63,170 bases of DNA. Origin: Phycisphaerae bacterium (lineage in GTDB: Bacteria; Planctomycetota; Phycisphaerae; UBA1845). Where the stretch lies: the NCBI GenBank assembly GCA_030429365.1, contig JAUIEW010000002.1, positions 1 through 63,170 on the forward strand. Direction: 5' to 3'. The notes under the pieces are model-generated. The model was given only the letters and a program-made list of their open reading frames with translations. It searched no databases and was not told the origin of the DNA. Position numbers and translations under genes: made by a program. This document shows positions 10,080 through 19,070 of the stretch, in pieces. Position 1 is the stretch's first letter; each line of letters opens with the position of its first letter.

Positions 10080-10358
10080 TTGAACGCAGTCGAAGCGCTG
10101 GATGAGTTGATCGAACAGTTGGATGGGGTCGAAGCCGCCAAGGACACACCGAGCGAAGACAAACCGGCCACGGACGCCATGGATCGCGTGCTGGCGTCAC
10201 AACCGCGAACGACCCATGTTCGTAGCTTGAAAAATGATGCGACGATCGAAACGTTTCGCCGCGAACTCGTGGATGGATTGATTCGCGTCGATACCGCCGG
10301 TCAATTGCTGCGATTGATCTCGCAGATTGTCGGCGCTGTGCTGGCGCCGCGGGGTTAG
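10080..10358 (+). CDS. hypothetical acidic protein (cassette gene 1)
   Basis: TTG start 5 nt after gggagag. 92 aa with GC3-rich codons. It is the first of four tightly packed genes. Confidence 0.5.
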   Translation: MNAVEALDELIEQLDGVEAAKDTPSEDKPATDAMDRVLASQPRTTHVRSLKNDATIETFRRELVDGLIRVDTAGQLLRLISQIVGAVLAPRG

Positions 10359-10386
10359 CCCGTTGTCTGCGAGTACATGGGAATTG

Positions 10387-10788
10387 ATGGGAGCAGGCGT
10401 TGCGGTGCTGGCTCCCCTTGTCGGCGTGCCGCTGACGGTGATGACCTTTTATCTGAAGGGTCTGCGTGAACAGCAAGCCGGCCGGTACGCTGACCTTTCC
10501 GGGCGGACGAGCTTAATCGGCGACGAACTGCGCCGCGCGGTTGAAGACATCGGGCAGATTCGCCGCGATTTTGCGACCAAAGAGGAATGGCTTCGGGAAA
10601 CGATGTGGGCGCGAGGGCGAATTGAAACATTGAGCGCGGCGGTCATGCGCACCAAGACAGAGTTGGAATCCCAAGGCGGTTTGGTCGCAACGTCAAAGCA
10701 CACGCACCGGCTCGTTGCAGAGATGGCGAAGAAAGCTGGAATCGACGGCGCGCAACCAGACGCCCGCGATGACGGGGAGTCGCGCTAA
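10387..10788 (+). CDS. hypothetical single-TM coiled-coil protein (cassette gene 2)
   Basis: The ATG at 10387 follows the gene-1 stop at 10358. The track start at 10327 would overlap gene 1. N-terminal TM segment GAGVAVLAPLVGVPLTVMTFYL, then a coiled coil. Confidence 0.55.
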   Translation: MGAGVAVLAPLVGVPLTVMTFYLKGLREQQAGRYADLSGRTSLIGDELRRAVEDIGQIRRDFATKEEWLRETMWARGRIETLSAAVMRTKTELESQGGLVATSKHTHRLVAEMAKKAGIDGAQPDARDDGESR

Positions 10789-11105
10789 TGGCAAATGGAC
10801 GTACGGCTCGCCAGATCAAAATGGCACGCAATGAAGTGTTGGTTGCGCTGAACATGCTATATCCAGCCGCCCTGCAAGCCGAGCAGTTGATGCGCAGCCT
10901 GTTGAGCGTGTTTCCGACGATGGAATGGGATCCGTTTCGCCGCGATCTGGCGTACCTTTGCGAGAAAGGTTACGTGCAGCGCGTGGTTTCAGAAAACGAA
11001 TCGGACCCGAAGTTCACCCCGTGGCGACAGCGCTGGTTTCGCTTGACGAGCGCGGGCATGGAAGTTGCGGACCATGTGATTGGCGACCCGGCGCTGGATG
11101 AATGA
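10788..11105 (+). CDS. hypothetical winged-helix-like protein (cassette gene 3)
   Basis: TAATG overlap with gene 2. 105 aa. The segment LAYLCEKGYVQRV...WFRLTSAGMEV looks like a wHTH recognition helix plus wing. Confidence 0.6.
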   Translation: MANGRTARQIKMARNEVLVALNMLYPAALQAEQLMRSLLSVFPTMEWDPFRRDLAYLCEKGYVQRVVSENESDPKFTPWRQRWFRLTSAGMEVADHVIGDPALDE

Positions 11106-11665
11106 TGGTGCGCACGACAACGAAAAAAACACGTCGCGAAGCGCCCAAGAAGCCAACTGCGGCGCGAAAGAAATCGTCGACCAAGAAGTCCACACGCAAA
11201 AAAAACGAGGCTGGCAATTCGGAAATCCGAATCGATTCAGCCGCCCCTTCTTTGCCCATCGAGGAATATCGCCAACGCCTCGGCGCGGTCGGGCGGCTGA
11301 TGCGGGCGGCGATGGCGGATTTGGAAACAGACCAGCCGGGCGGCGACCGCATCGGACAAGGAGCCTACCTTCAGGTGATGGGCCGGGCGTTCGAAGTGCT
11401 CGACGGTCTGTCGCAAACGATCGACGTCGATGACTTGGTGAAAATCTCCAAGGTCATCGCCGAACAGCGCCGAGCCGAGCTGAACCACCGCAAATTGCAA
11501 CTCGAAATCGCCGACGAAAAAGAAGCCCCGCGCTCAAGAGCCCCACAAGCAAACAAGAACGGACGTGCCGCGACGGGTGACTATACGCTACCGGATTCGT
11601 TCGGAGAGGTCGTACGACAGATTTATGGTACAACCTTGGCAACGGACATAGAAAACCCAAAGTAA
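11102..11665 (+). CDS. hypothetical protein with Lys/Arg-rich N-terminal tail (cassette gene 4)
   Basis: ATGA overlap with gene 3. 187 aa. The N-terminus is TTKKTRREAPKKPTAARKKSSTKKSTRKK and the rest is helical. Confidence 0.6.
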   Translation: MMVRTTTKKTRREAPKKPTAARKKSSTKKSTRKKNEAGNSEIRIDSAAPSLPIEEYRQRLGAVGRLMRAAMADLETDQPGGDRIGQGAYLQVMGRAFEVLDGLSQTIDVDDLVKISKVIAEQRRAELNHRKLQLEIADEKEAPRSRAPQANKNGRAATGDYTLPDSFGEVVRQIYGTTLATDIENPK

Positions 11666-11688
11666 AATCAAGCCCAAACAAGAATCGG

Positions 11689-11729
11689 GTGCCCCGCCCT
11701 TGAGCGCAGCGGAAGGGTGGGGGACTGAA
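11689..11729 (+). repeat. family-A stem-loop repeat (long-loop variant)
   Basis: gtgccccgcccttgagcgcagcggaagggtgggggactgaa, 23 nt after the cassette gene 4 stop, in sense orientation. Confidence 0.75.
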
Positions 11730-11771
11730 TTCGACAATGCGCCCCAATCATCGCAAGCTGAGTACGTATAT

Positions 11772-12851
11772 ATGCGCAATCGACTTCTCAACATCACGCC
11801 ACGGCAGGCGGTCTTGATGTCGGCGGCGCTCATCGTTCTTGGAATTTCTGCATTGGGCATTGCTATTGTTGGGTTTAGATATGACCCGCTGCACGCTGTT
11901 TGTTGGTTTCTTGGTATAGAACTATTTGGGCTTGCGTATCTATGGGCGTCCATCGACTTTGAAGGCCAACAAGCCGTCTCCTTGGGCGGCCTTTGGTTTC
12001 AACTGTCAATCGCGCTGATCCTGATTGCAGTGGTTATCGCACAGTCGGGGACATCGGGCCAACCATTCCCGGATTGGGGCGTTGCCCTTTTCTTCGTTTC
12101 CGGCGGCATTTACTTGGCATCAATTTGTCGAAGAGCCATCAAGAACTTTCAGCGCTGGCGAAACGGGGAGTTTGACCCGATACTGGAACCTCACAACGAA
12201 ATGCAAAACTCAATTGAATCCGAGAAAATGCCCACAAACGACGAATACGAAAAAATCGCAACCGCCTGGTACGACCGCAAGTCGGCCATGATGGAGTCGA
12301 CGCTAGGCGCGGAGCACGGCATTGTGATGCACGCTTTGATTCCATACGAAATGGGCGGCGGGCTCGATCTCTACTTCTACCCCAACGGTATCGAAGGCAC
12401 CGGGTTCGCCACCAAGGAACTCTCCGAAATCCCAACCGAAGGCTCGAACAACGATGTCTTCGACCTTTACGAAATGGTCATGTTCACCAGGCTTCCACTC
12501 GAACTTGAGTTGTTTCGAGACGAAAGCACCGCGTTCGGCCAGACCTACAAAACGTTCAACGCCATCCTGAACGCCATCGCCCTTTACAGTCGCGACGCCA
12601 AACTCAACCCCAACGAAACCTGCGAATTCCCCGAAGATATGGACATCATCGGCGGCAAGTGCCTGATCTTCGACGCCCATGCCACCCACTCCGACCCCGA
12701 AGTCGAAACCTTCGGACTGCTCGCGCTTATCGAAATATTTCGATCCGAAATGGACTACGCACGAGCCAACGGCGGCGCCAAACTCCTCGACCTGCTCAAG
12801 ACGGCCGGCCACTACCCATACTCGGATATGAATCGGGAACCGGTCGTATAA
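11772..12851 (+). CDS. membrane-anchored protein with SUFU-like (suppressor-of-fused-like) C-terminal domain
   Basis: The track start at 11700 lies inside the family-A repeat, so I prefer ATG 11772. N-terminal TM helices are followed by ...MESTLGAEHGIVMHALIPYEMGGGLDLYFYPN..GTGFATKELSE, which resembles bacterial SUFU-like domains. The domain call is tentative. Confidence 0.55.
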   Translation: MRNRLLNITPRQAVLMSAALIVLGISALGIAIVGFRYDPLHAVCWFLGIELFGLAYLWASIDFEGQQAVSLGGLWFQLSIALILIAVVIAQSGTSGQPFPDWGVALFFVSGGIYLASICRRAIKNFQRWRNGEFDPILEPHNEMQNSIESEKMPTNDEYEKIATAWYDRKSAMMESTLGAEHGIVMHALIPYEMGGGLDLYFYPNGIEGTGFATKELSEIPTEGSNNDVFDLYEMVMFTRLPLELELFRDESTAFGQTYKTFNAILNAIALYSRDAKLNPNETCEFPEDMDIIGGKCLIFDAHATHSDPEVETFGLLALIEIFRSEMDYARANGGAKLLDLLKTAGHYPYSDMNREPVV

Positions 12852-12885
12852 AGCGGCGCCCATCCACTGGTGGCGATGAACGTGC

Positions 12886-12914
12886 CACTGGGTGCTCGTC
12901 ACCCAGTGTTTTCT
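12886..12914 (+). terminator. Rho-independent terminator
   Basis: cactgggtg-ctcgt-cacccagtg followed by ttttct. A 9-bp perfect stem, 35 nt after the stop at 12851. Confidence 0.7.
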
Positions 12915-13150
12915 GATGTCCAATCCCAGCATATGGTAGTGTCCCCCTCTCGCCAAACCAAATCGCAACCCCCGACATCGACGCAAAATCACCACGCACG
13001 TAGCCAAGAACGCGTCCTACCGAAGCGATTTCCCAATTCGTTTCAGAAGACCCATGTCGATCGCAATAACTGTATGCGGGCCGCCCAATGCTCGGGGCAA
13101 AGAATCCGTGCCGGCGTCAACAGACAGTGTCTACCGGAAGGAGTGGACTG

Positions 13151-15289
13151 ATGCACAACATCAACCTGACCAACGAAGATTCCCTCGATCTCAATCGATT
13201 CCAAGCCACCCAGCCGCGACAACGTGTCGCACCCATGGTGGTGGGTATCTTGGCCGCCTTACTGATCGCCATGCCAGCCGCCGCACAACTCAGCTATACG
13301 TTCACTTCCGGACCAGGAGGCGACGGTTTCATATGGCCGCCATCCCCAACGGGCCTGCTGGATGGAAACTCCTTCCCAACACCCGACGACATTCACTTCT
13401 ACAACGACATTGGAAACAACCTGTTCTTCGACGACCAGTACCAGGTCGCCGGTAATGCAACGGGCATCTCCAGTGAGGCCATGTGGGGCAACCCAACTTC
13501 CTTGGGCTTTGGCACCATCGACTTCGATTTCTTCTTCTCCGGAACGCAGGACATTTCCTTCAACTTCGCTTGGTCGGTCGGTGGCGCCCCCGGAAATACG
13601 CCCGAATTCTTGACGATCTATGTCGAAGACATGCTGGGCCGCGCCATGGAAGTCTATTGGCCGCTCGACGATACGTTCACCGGTTTGGGCGGTTTCGACG
13701 GATACTCAGATCGCATCAGCCTCAACACCATTGACTTGTTCGATGACTACTTCAACGTCGATGGCGGCCCGTTTCAAGACATCGTCTACGTATCGATCTT
13801 CGTCGGTGACATTGACACGGGTGGCGGACCGTCCAGTGAATTCGCCATCGACAACTTTGACATCGACGGCGGAACCGGCGGTGGAGGCGAGGTGTTCCCG
13901 TCGGTCAACAATGGCGCCATTGACGTCACCGGAAGCACGCTGGGACGCACGTCCCTTCGAGGCGTCGGCAACTTTCTTGCGGGGCTTGAAGTCACCAACA
14001 GTGCAACCAGCAGCACGACCTTCTCGACCCAACTTCTGCCCGGCGGCGACCTTGCCGATGGCGGACAAGTCAACGGCGCGACGATCCTTGCCGGTCAGTC
14101 CGTCTTCACGCCCAATCTCGTTTCGATCGATCGATCACTTCCGTCGGCGTCATACGAAAGCGACCTGAGGGTCATCAACGATCAAAACGCCTCCGATCCA
14201 GACAATGACGTCACCATACTTATGCGACTGGCCGAAGCCCCCCTGCTCACCGCGCCCAGCCCGGTGGATGTGTCACTCGGCGAGAAGGTGACTCTCGCCA
14301 ACGCAGCCGCCCCCGCCAACGGACATCGCGCCAGTGTCGAAGTCACGGGGTCAAACGTCACCGGCCCCTTCAGTGTGACGGGGTACGATCTCGACACGCC
14401 CTGCAAACCCGGCGAGATGATCGAGGGAGATGCGACACTCGACCGATTCGGTCGCCTGTCGGGCAACTACAACGGCATGGTTTCCGTTTCGCTCGCGATG
14501 ACGTTCTACGTCAACGAGTTCAAGACGTTTCTCAGCAATGCGGAGCCCGTTTCAGACGAACAGTGGACTCTGGAGGCTACGCTCGCAGACACGAACGCCG
14601 ACAACGCACCCCATGATTCGCAGACGCCGCTGGGCCCGGGGCAGGTTGGGGTCAACAGCGCATCGACGGCTGCAACAATCGTTGGCGGAACCACGGGATT
14701 GACCGGAAACACTTCAATGACACTGGGGACGGCGCCTTCGGGATCGAATACCGGCGTCCTTCAACAGAGCGCAAGCGTCGGTTTCACAACAGCATCGCCC
14801 GTCTACGCCATACAGATGACCTACCGTGATGAGGACATCTGCCCATCGGTTACCGAATCCAATCTGCGCTTGCTGTACTTCAATAGCGGCGCGTCGGACT
14901 GGCAACTTGCGGTCAATGGCAACAGCGACGGCGGCTTGGGCGCGACATTCTTCGCAGGTTCGTTTGATGCTTTTGCAGCAACACTGGGCGGAGCGCCGTT
15001 GTCCACAGCGCTGGGGGCACATGGTCTCGACCCGATCAACAACCAAGTATGGGCGGTCGTCGACCATGAAGCGGCATTTGGAACCGGAGAGATCGGCCAA
15101 TCCTGCGGGATCAAAGGCGACCTCGACAACGACGGCGACGTGGACACCGACGACTACACCATCTGGAATGGATGCATCGAAGGCCCGAACGTCATCGTTG
15201 CGCCGGCGTGCTCTATTGCAGACTGCGACGGCGACCAGGATGTGGACTTGGCCGACTTTGCCCAATTCGCGTTCGGATTCGGCACCTAA
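13151..15289 (+). CDS. large secreted protein with C-terminal dockerin-like (EF-hand type) repeats
   Basis: I prefer ATG 13151, preceded by ggaaggag. Signal-like segment VVGILAALLIAMPAAAQ. The C-terminus GDLDNDGDVDTDDY...CDGDQDVDLADFAQF shows the dockerin type I repeat pattern. Confidence 0.7.
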   Translation: MHNINLTNEDSLDLNRFQATQPRQRVAPMVVGILAALLIAMPAAAQLSYTFTSGPGGDGFIWPPSPTGLLDGNSFPTPDDIHFYNDIGNNLFFDDQYQVAGNATGISSEAMWGNPTSLGFGTIDFDFFFSGTQDISFNFAWSVGGAPGNTPEFLTIYVEDMLGRAMEVYWPLDDTFTGLGGFDGYSDRISLNTIDLFDDYFNVDGGPFQDIVYVSIFVGDIDTGGGPSSEFAIDNFDIDGGTGGGGEVFPSVNNGAIDVTGSTLGRTSLRGVGNFLAGLEVTNSATSSTTFSTQLLPGGDLADGGQVNGATILAGQSVFTPNLVSIDRSLPSASYESDLRVINDQNASDPDNDVTILMRLAEAPLLTAPSPVDVSLGEKVTLANAAAPANGHRASVEVTGSNVTGPFSVTGYDLDTPCKPGEMIEGDATLDRFGRLSGNYNGMVSVSLAMTFYVNEFKTFLSNAEPVSDEQWTLEATLADTNADNAPHDSQTPLGPGQVGVNSASTAATIVGGTTGLTGNTSMTLGTAPSGSNTGVLQQSASVGFTTASPVYAIQMTYRDEDICPSVTESNLRLLYFNSGASDWQLAVNGNSDGGLGATFFAGSFDAFAATLGGAPLSTALGAHGLDPINNQVWAVVDHEAAFGTGEIGQSCGIKGDLDNDGDVDTDDYTIWNGCIEGPNVIVAPACSIADCDGDQDVDLADFAQFAFGFGT

Positions 15290-15686
15290 GTGCCACCGCA
15301 TGTACTTGTTGTGCATGGGGCGCCATGTCGGCACGCAGACTGGCATGTCGACGAACAGCGGCGAGCGGCTTTGTGCATCGGGCCGGGCGGTTGCCGTCGA
15401 TCGTCGGACGCGGCATGCCCCAGTTCATATGGAAACGCGGACGACTTGCTGATTGGAACCGGCTTTTCTTTGACCATGGCAATCACCCTCCCTCGTTTTG
15501 GAATGGCGACACACAAACCCCATTCCTCGTTGCCAACTCAAGTCGACGTTTTTCGGTGTTCTGACTTATGTACAATACGTCCCGTTCAACGTGCAACATC
15601 GCCGGGCAAGTGACATCGCTACGCCAAGTGCGCCGCACCGAATGATCCGATAACATCTGCGCCATCGCCCTCCAATCGATGCGCGC

Positions 15687-15722
15687 AAAAAAACTGCCGA
15701 ACTCAGAGAAGTCCGGCAGTTT
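15687..15722 (-). terminator. Rho-independent terminator candidate for the 15802..16239 gene
   Basis: The minus strand reads aaactgccg-(14 nt)-cggcagttt followed by tttt. It lies about 80 nt downstream of the stop. Confidence 0.5.
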
Positions 15723-15801
15723 CGCAATCGAATTAGTTTGAAAACAACTTCACCGCATGTTGGCAAAGTCGAATTCAGTTCGACTTCCAATCAAACGCCA
15801 G

Positions 15802-16239
15802 TTAGCCGATGGAATAACGACTTCCGCGCTGGCCTTTGATGTTCTTCTTGACGATCGTCTTGTTGCGGACGAGTTCACCAAGTGTGTTGTATGGTTCGCC
15901 CGGACGACCAGCCGCCGCCCAACGCTTCTTGATGTCGCCCGAAGTCACGCCCTTGGCGCCCGACTTCTTCACAAAGTCAACGATCAACTCGTTGGCTGTT
16001 GTCTTGAATTTCTTACGGGTTCGACGGGCCGGACGACCCGCTGCCGACTTGGCCTTCGCGGCGGTTCGTTTTGAACCACCTCGCGGACGACCCGGGCCGC
16101 GACGAACAGCGCCGCCAGCTTCGAGGCCCAAACGCGAGAATGCTTCGTCGATCCTTGCGACTTCCTCAAGATGTGCATTACGCTCCGACTGCAGACGCCC
16201 GACCAAGGACTCTAACTCATTAATCGTAGACTTCCCCAT
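15802..16239 (-). CDS. basic DNA-binding protein, linker-histone (H1/H5)-like winged helix with coiled-coil N-terminus
   Basis: 145 aa. The N-terminal coiled coil is followed by an RGPGRPRGG/KAKSAAGRPARRTRKK basic linker. The C-terminal segment ELIVDFVKKSGAKGVTSGDIKK...LGELVRNKTIVKKNIKGQRGSRYSI resembles the H15 globular fold pattern. Confidence 0.7.
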   Translation of the reverse strand: MGKSTINELESLVGRLQSERNAHLEEVARIDEAFSRLGLEAGGAVRRGPGRPRGGSKRTAAKAKSAAGRPARRTRKKFKTTANELIVDFVKKSGAKGVTSGDIKKRWAAAGRPGEPYNTLGELVRNKTIVKKNIKGQRGSRYSIG

Positions 16240-16589
16240 CGCACTCAGCTCCTTTACAGCTTAAAATAGATACGGAAACAAACAGAACAAACTTCGACCA
16301 GATACTGACTTCTAACTGACACAGACTTCATAAGAACCACACTAGCGAATTAATCTACTTGAAGAATCAAACATTGTCACGTATGAGGCATCGAATTCCA
16401 GTAATACATATTCCCCATTTTTTCGTGCATATACTTGATCTCCAAGTCGCGCGTTGGGTCGCTCAATGACACCGTATGGCACCTTTGGTTCGGAATGCGG
16501 CTGTTGGTTTCACGGGCCATTTGCCTAAAATGATAGGAAATTCCCGCCGATCTGTCCAAGAATCTCAGTCCCACAGGAGCCTTCGTCCA

Positions 16590-16991
16590 ATGCCTCCCAT
16601 TCATGAGCAAGTTGAGCTATTAAAAGCCCTAATCGCCCTTTCTGCGGCTGACGGTAAGATTTCTTCCAGTGAACAAGGACTACTAAACCGGTTTGCAAAC
16701 CGCGTCGGAATTGGCAGCGCTTCGCTGGAAGCCATGATTGAAAGGGCGCTGGCAGACCCCTCCGTGCGCGACGATTTGTTCCATAGAACCATGTCAAACC
16801 CACAACTGGCACTGGAAATGCTCGTGGCGACCGCTCGGCTTGATGGAAATATCACAGACACCGAGCGGGATCTGCTGGCCCATGTGCGGGGGATACTTGA
16901 TATATCGATGGATGACTTCGACCAAGTCTACGAACGCGGCATTCAGCGGGCTGATGCCCTCAGAAATGCCAAATTCGCAAATGATAGCTAA
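16590..16991 (+). CDS. TerB-like (tellurite-resistance TerB family) domain protein
   Basis: I prefer ATG 16590, 10 nt after aggag. Two repeats of the A(A/R)(A/L)DG.I...E..LL pattern are present (LSAADGKISSSEQGLL and ARLDGNITDTERDLL). Confidence 0.65.
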   Translation: MPPIHEQVELLKALIALSAADGKISSSEQGLLNRFANRVGIGSASLEAMIERALADPSVRDDLFHRTMSNPQLALEMLVATARLDGNITDTERDLLAHVRGILDISMDDFDQVYERGIQRADALRNAKFANDS

Positions 16992-17132
16992 GGCCAGCAG
17001 ACGCTGGACTTGCAGCCAATCGTCCAATACCGATCGCGCTTGTCGTACCCCGGCGGCTCAATTCTGTATTCAGGCTCAGTTTCATACGCGAGACATGAGC
17101 CCACCACATCGCGGGCTGATCACCCAGGTCGG

Positions 17133-17633
17133 TCAATCGCCAAAGAGCGATTGCTGATCGGGTGATGCGGTTGCGGCATGATCCTCGACGCGCTGGATCT
17201 CCTCGGCGAATTCTGAAACGTGGTTGAACTCCTTAAACACGCTCATGAAACGCACATATGCGACATGGTTCACATCGCGAAGCTTGCGGGCCACACACTC
17301 GCCCACCTCGCGGCTGGTAACCTCCCGGTCGTGATCCCGGAACAGTTCCCCTTCAATATCATCGGTCATCGCTTCAATGTCCGTATCCACGATGGGCAGC
17401 TTGTAACAAGCGTGCTGGATACCGGCCATGATCTTGTCGCGACGAAACCGCACCCGCGAACCGTCTTTCTTGACCACCGCAATGCGCAGTTCTTCTTCGG
17501 CGCGCTCCTTCGTCGTGAACCTGCGATTGCACGCTTGGCACACGCGACGCCGACGAATCGCTCCGCCGGACTCGGTCAGCCGGGAATCAATGACTTTGTC
17601 TTTTCCAATTTCGTTGCAGGCGGGACACCGCAT
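17133..17633 (-). CDS. nrdR: transcriptional repressor NrdR
   Basis: MRCPACNEIGKDKVIDSR...RRRRVCQACNRRFTTKER zinc ribbon followed by an ATP-cone. Confidence 0.92.
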   Translation of the reverse strand: MRCPACNEIGKDKVIDSRLTESGGAIRRRRVCQACNRRFTTKERAEEELRIAVVKKDGSRVRFRRDKIMAGIQHACYKLPIVDTDIEAMTDDIEGELFRDHDREVTSREVGECVARKLRDVNHVAYVRFMSVFKEFNHVSEFAEEIQRVEDHAATASPDQQSLFGD

Positions 17634-17903
17634 CGCTTCAGTAATCCTTGGACGAACGATCCTCTAAAGCAACGCGTTCAACCATCACCATACGACCAAC
17701 AGGCAGACTCAAACCAGTCGCCAGCTGGGGTGAAACCGCAATCGGGGGCACGCGACTTTTCAACTTTGCCTGACCCCGATATGGTGGATGAAACGCACTC
17801 GGACTTGCGACATGGTCGCACTTTTAGCCTAGTCTTGGACACACATGCGGTCAAGCGATAATCGACGACCGCCAACAGTAAACCCATCATCCTGGAATCA
17901 CCA

Positions 17904-18767
17904 ATGCCCACTCGTGTCGTAGAAAAAACCGTCGGCGACTACCGAATTGTCGGATACTCACTCGCCGGTGAGGAAACCACCATCGCCCTGCCCGAACTCA
18001 ACCTCTGTTTCGATGCCGGCAGGGCGCCACGCGAAATCATCGCAATCGACACGCTCTGCCTATCCCATGGGCACATGGACCATGCAGCCGGCGTCCCTTA
18101 CTACCTTTCTCAGCGGATTTTTGTAGGCACCGCTCCTGGTACAGTGGTCATGCATCGCGGACTCATCGGCGTTTTCGAAAGGCTGATGGCCTGCTGGGAA
18201 GAAATTGAGAGACACCCATCCCCAGCCGAATTCTTTGGGCTGACCGATGGTGAGGAACTCCCCCTCAACCGAAACCTCGGACTCCGGGCGTTTGACGTCA
18301 ACCATGCAGCCTACGCCCTCGGATATGCTGCGATCGAAAAACGGCACAAACTAAAAGCCGAATACACCGAACTCTCCGGGCCGCAGCTGGTTGAACTCAA
18401 GAAGCAGGGCATCAGCATTCAGGACAACGTCGAAGTACCGCTCGTTACATACTGCGGCGATACCGCTGACGGACAATTCTTCGACTTGGATCATGTCCGA
18501 AACGCCAAACTACTCATCATGGAATGTACGTTTTTCGACAACGACCATGTCATCCGCGCCAAGGCTGGACGCCATCTTCACGTGCGCGAACTCCCCGACA
18601 TTCTCAAACGCATCAACTCGCCCAACATCCTCCTGACCCACGTCACCCGCCGAACCGCGCTCGGTGCGGCCAAACGCATCCTGCAAAACACGATCTCGGC
18701 GAGCGACTTTGACCGCATCACGTTGCTGATGGACCGCCCCCCCAAAACGTCCCGCCGACCTGCATGA
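17904..18767 (+). CDS. MBL-fold metallo-hydrolase (RNase Z/ribonuclease BN-like)
   Basis: HxHxDH motif LSHGHMDHAAG. 287 aa. Confidence 0.8.
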   Translation: MPTRVVEKTVGDYRIVGYSLAGEETTIALPELNLCFDAGRAPREIIAIDTLCLSHGHMDHAAGVPYYLSQRIFVGTAPGTVVMHRGLIGVFERLMACWEEIERHPSPAEFFGLTDGEELPLNRNLGLRAFDVNHAAYALGYAAIEKRHKLKAEYTELSGPQLVELKKQGISIQDNVEVPLVTYCGDTADGQFFDLDHVRNAKLLIMECTFFDNDHVIRAKAGRHLHVRELPDILKRINSPNILLTHVTRRTALGAAKRILQNTISASDFDRITLLMDRPPKTSRRPA

Positions 18768-18947
18768 CCTTGCCCGAATCACCCAGAATGTCGCCGACAC
18801 GCCACCCCCAATGTCGCAGTCTCAACGTTGAAATAGCCGCTTTGGCGAGGGGCTGCCAACGGGTCCAATAATCGATCAAGTTGAAATTTCGAGCGACCGA
18901 TAACATGGGAGCAACAGAAACTTTCACTCTTCCAATGGAGAAACACG

Positions 18948-19043
18948 ATGGATTTTTCAACCCTGTTCACCGACCTGTTTGATGGCGTGCTTGTTCTGGT
19001 TCGTTCGTTGTTCGAGCTTTTCCTCGGCACCAGCATTATCTAA
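18948..19043 (+). CDS. candidate 31-aa hydrophobic small protein
   Basis: The ATG lies 7 nt after ggag. It encodes MDFSTLFTDLFDGVLVLVRSLFELFLGTSII. A strong terminator follows at 19071. It is below the ORF-track size cutoff. Confidence 0.35.
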   Translation: MDFSTLFTDLFDGVLVLVRSLFELFLGTSII

Positions 19044-19070
19044 GAACGAGCCCACCAGCAAAGAAAACGT

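Noticed and set aside
11700-11771. Track start codon at 11700 for the SUFU-like ORF
   Set aside because: The first 10 codons are the family-A repeat itself (..AAEGWGTEF). I preferred ATG 11772, just before the first TM helix. The true start remains uncertain.
10080-12851. Calling the small-gene cassette a prophage
   Set aside because: There is no integrase, terminase large subunit, portal, capsid, tail or lysis gene, and no att-like repeats. Only the gene-size and architecture pattern is phage-like, so I reported it as an uncharacterised cassette.
12876-12900. Minus-strand TGGCACGTTCATCGCC sigma-54-like match
   Set aside because: It overlaps the left arm of the plus-strand intrinsic terminator (12886..12914) and points into the 3' end of a plus-strand gene.
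16807-16822. TGGCAC-N5-ATGCT sigma-54-promoter-like match
   Set aside because: It lies inside the TerB-like coding sequence with no gene start downstream. A single consensus-like hit in 63 kb is expected by chance.
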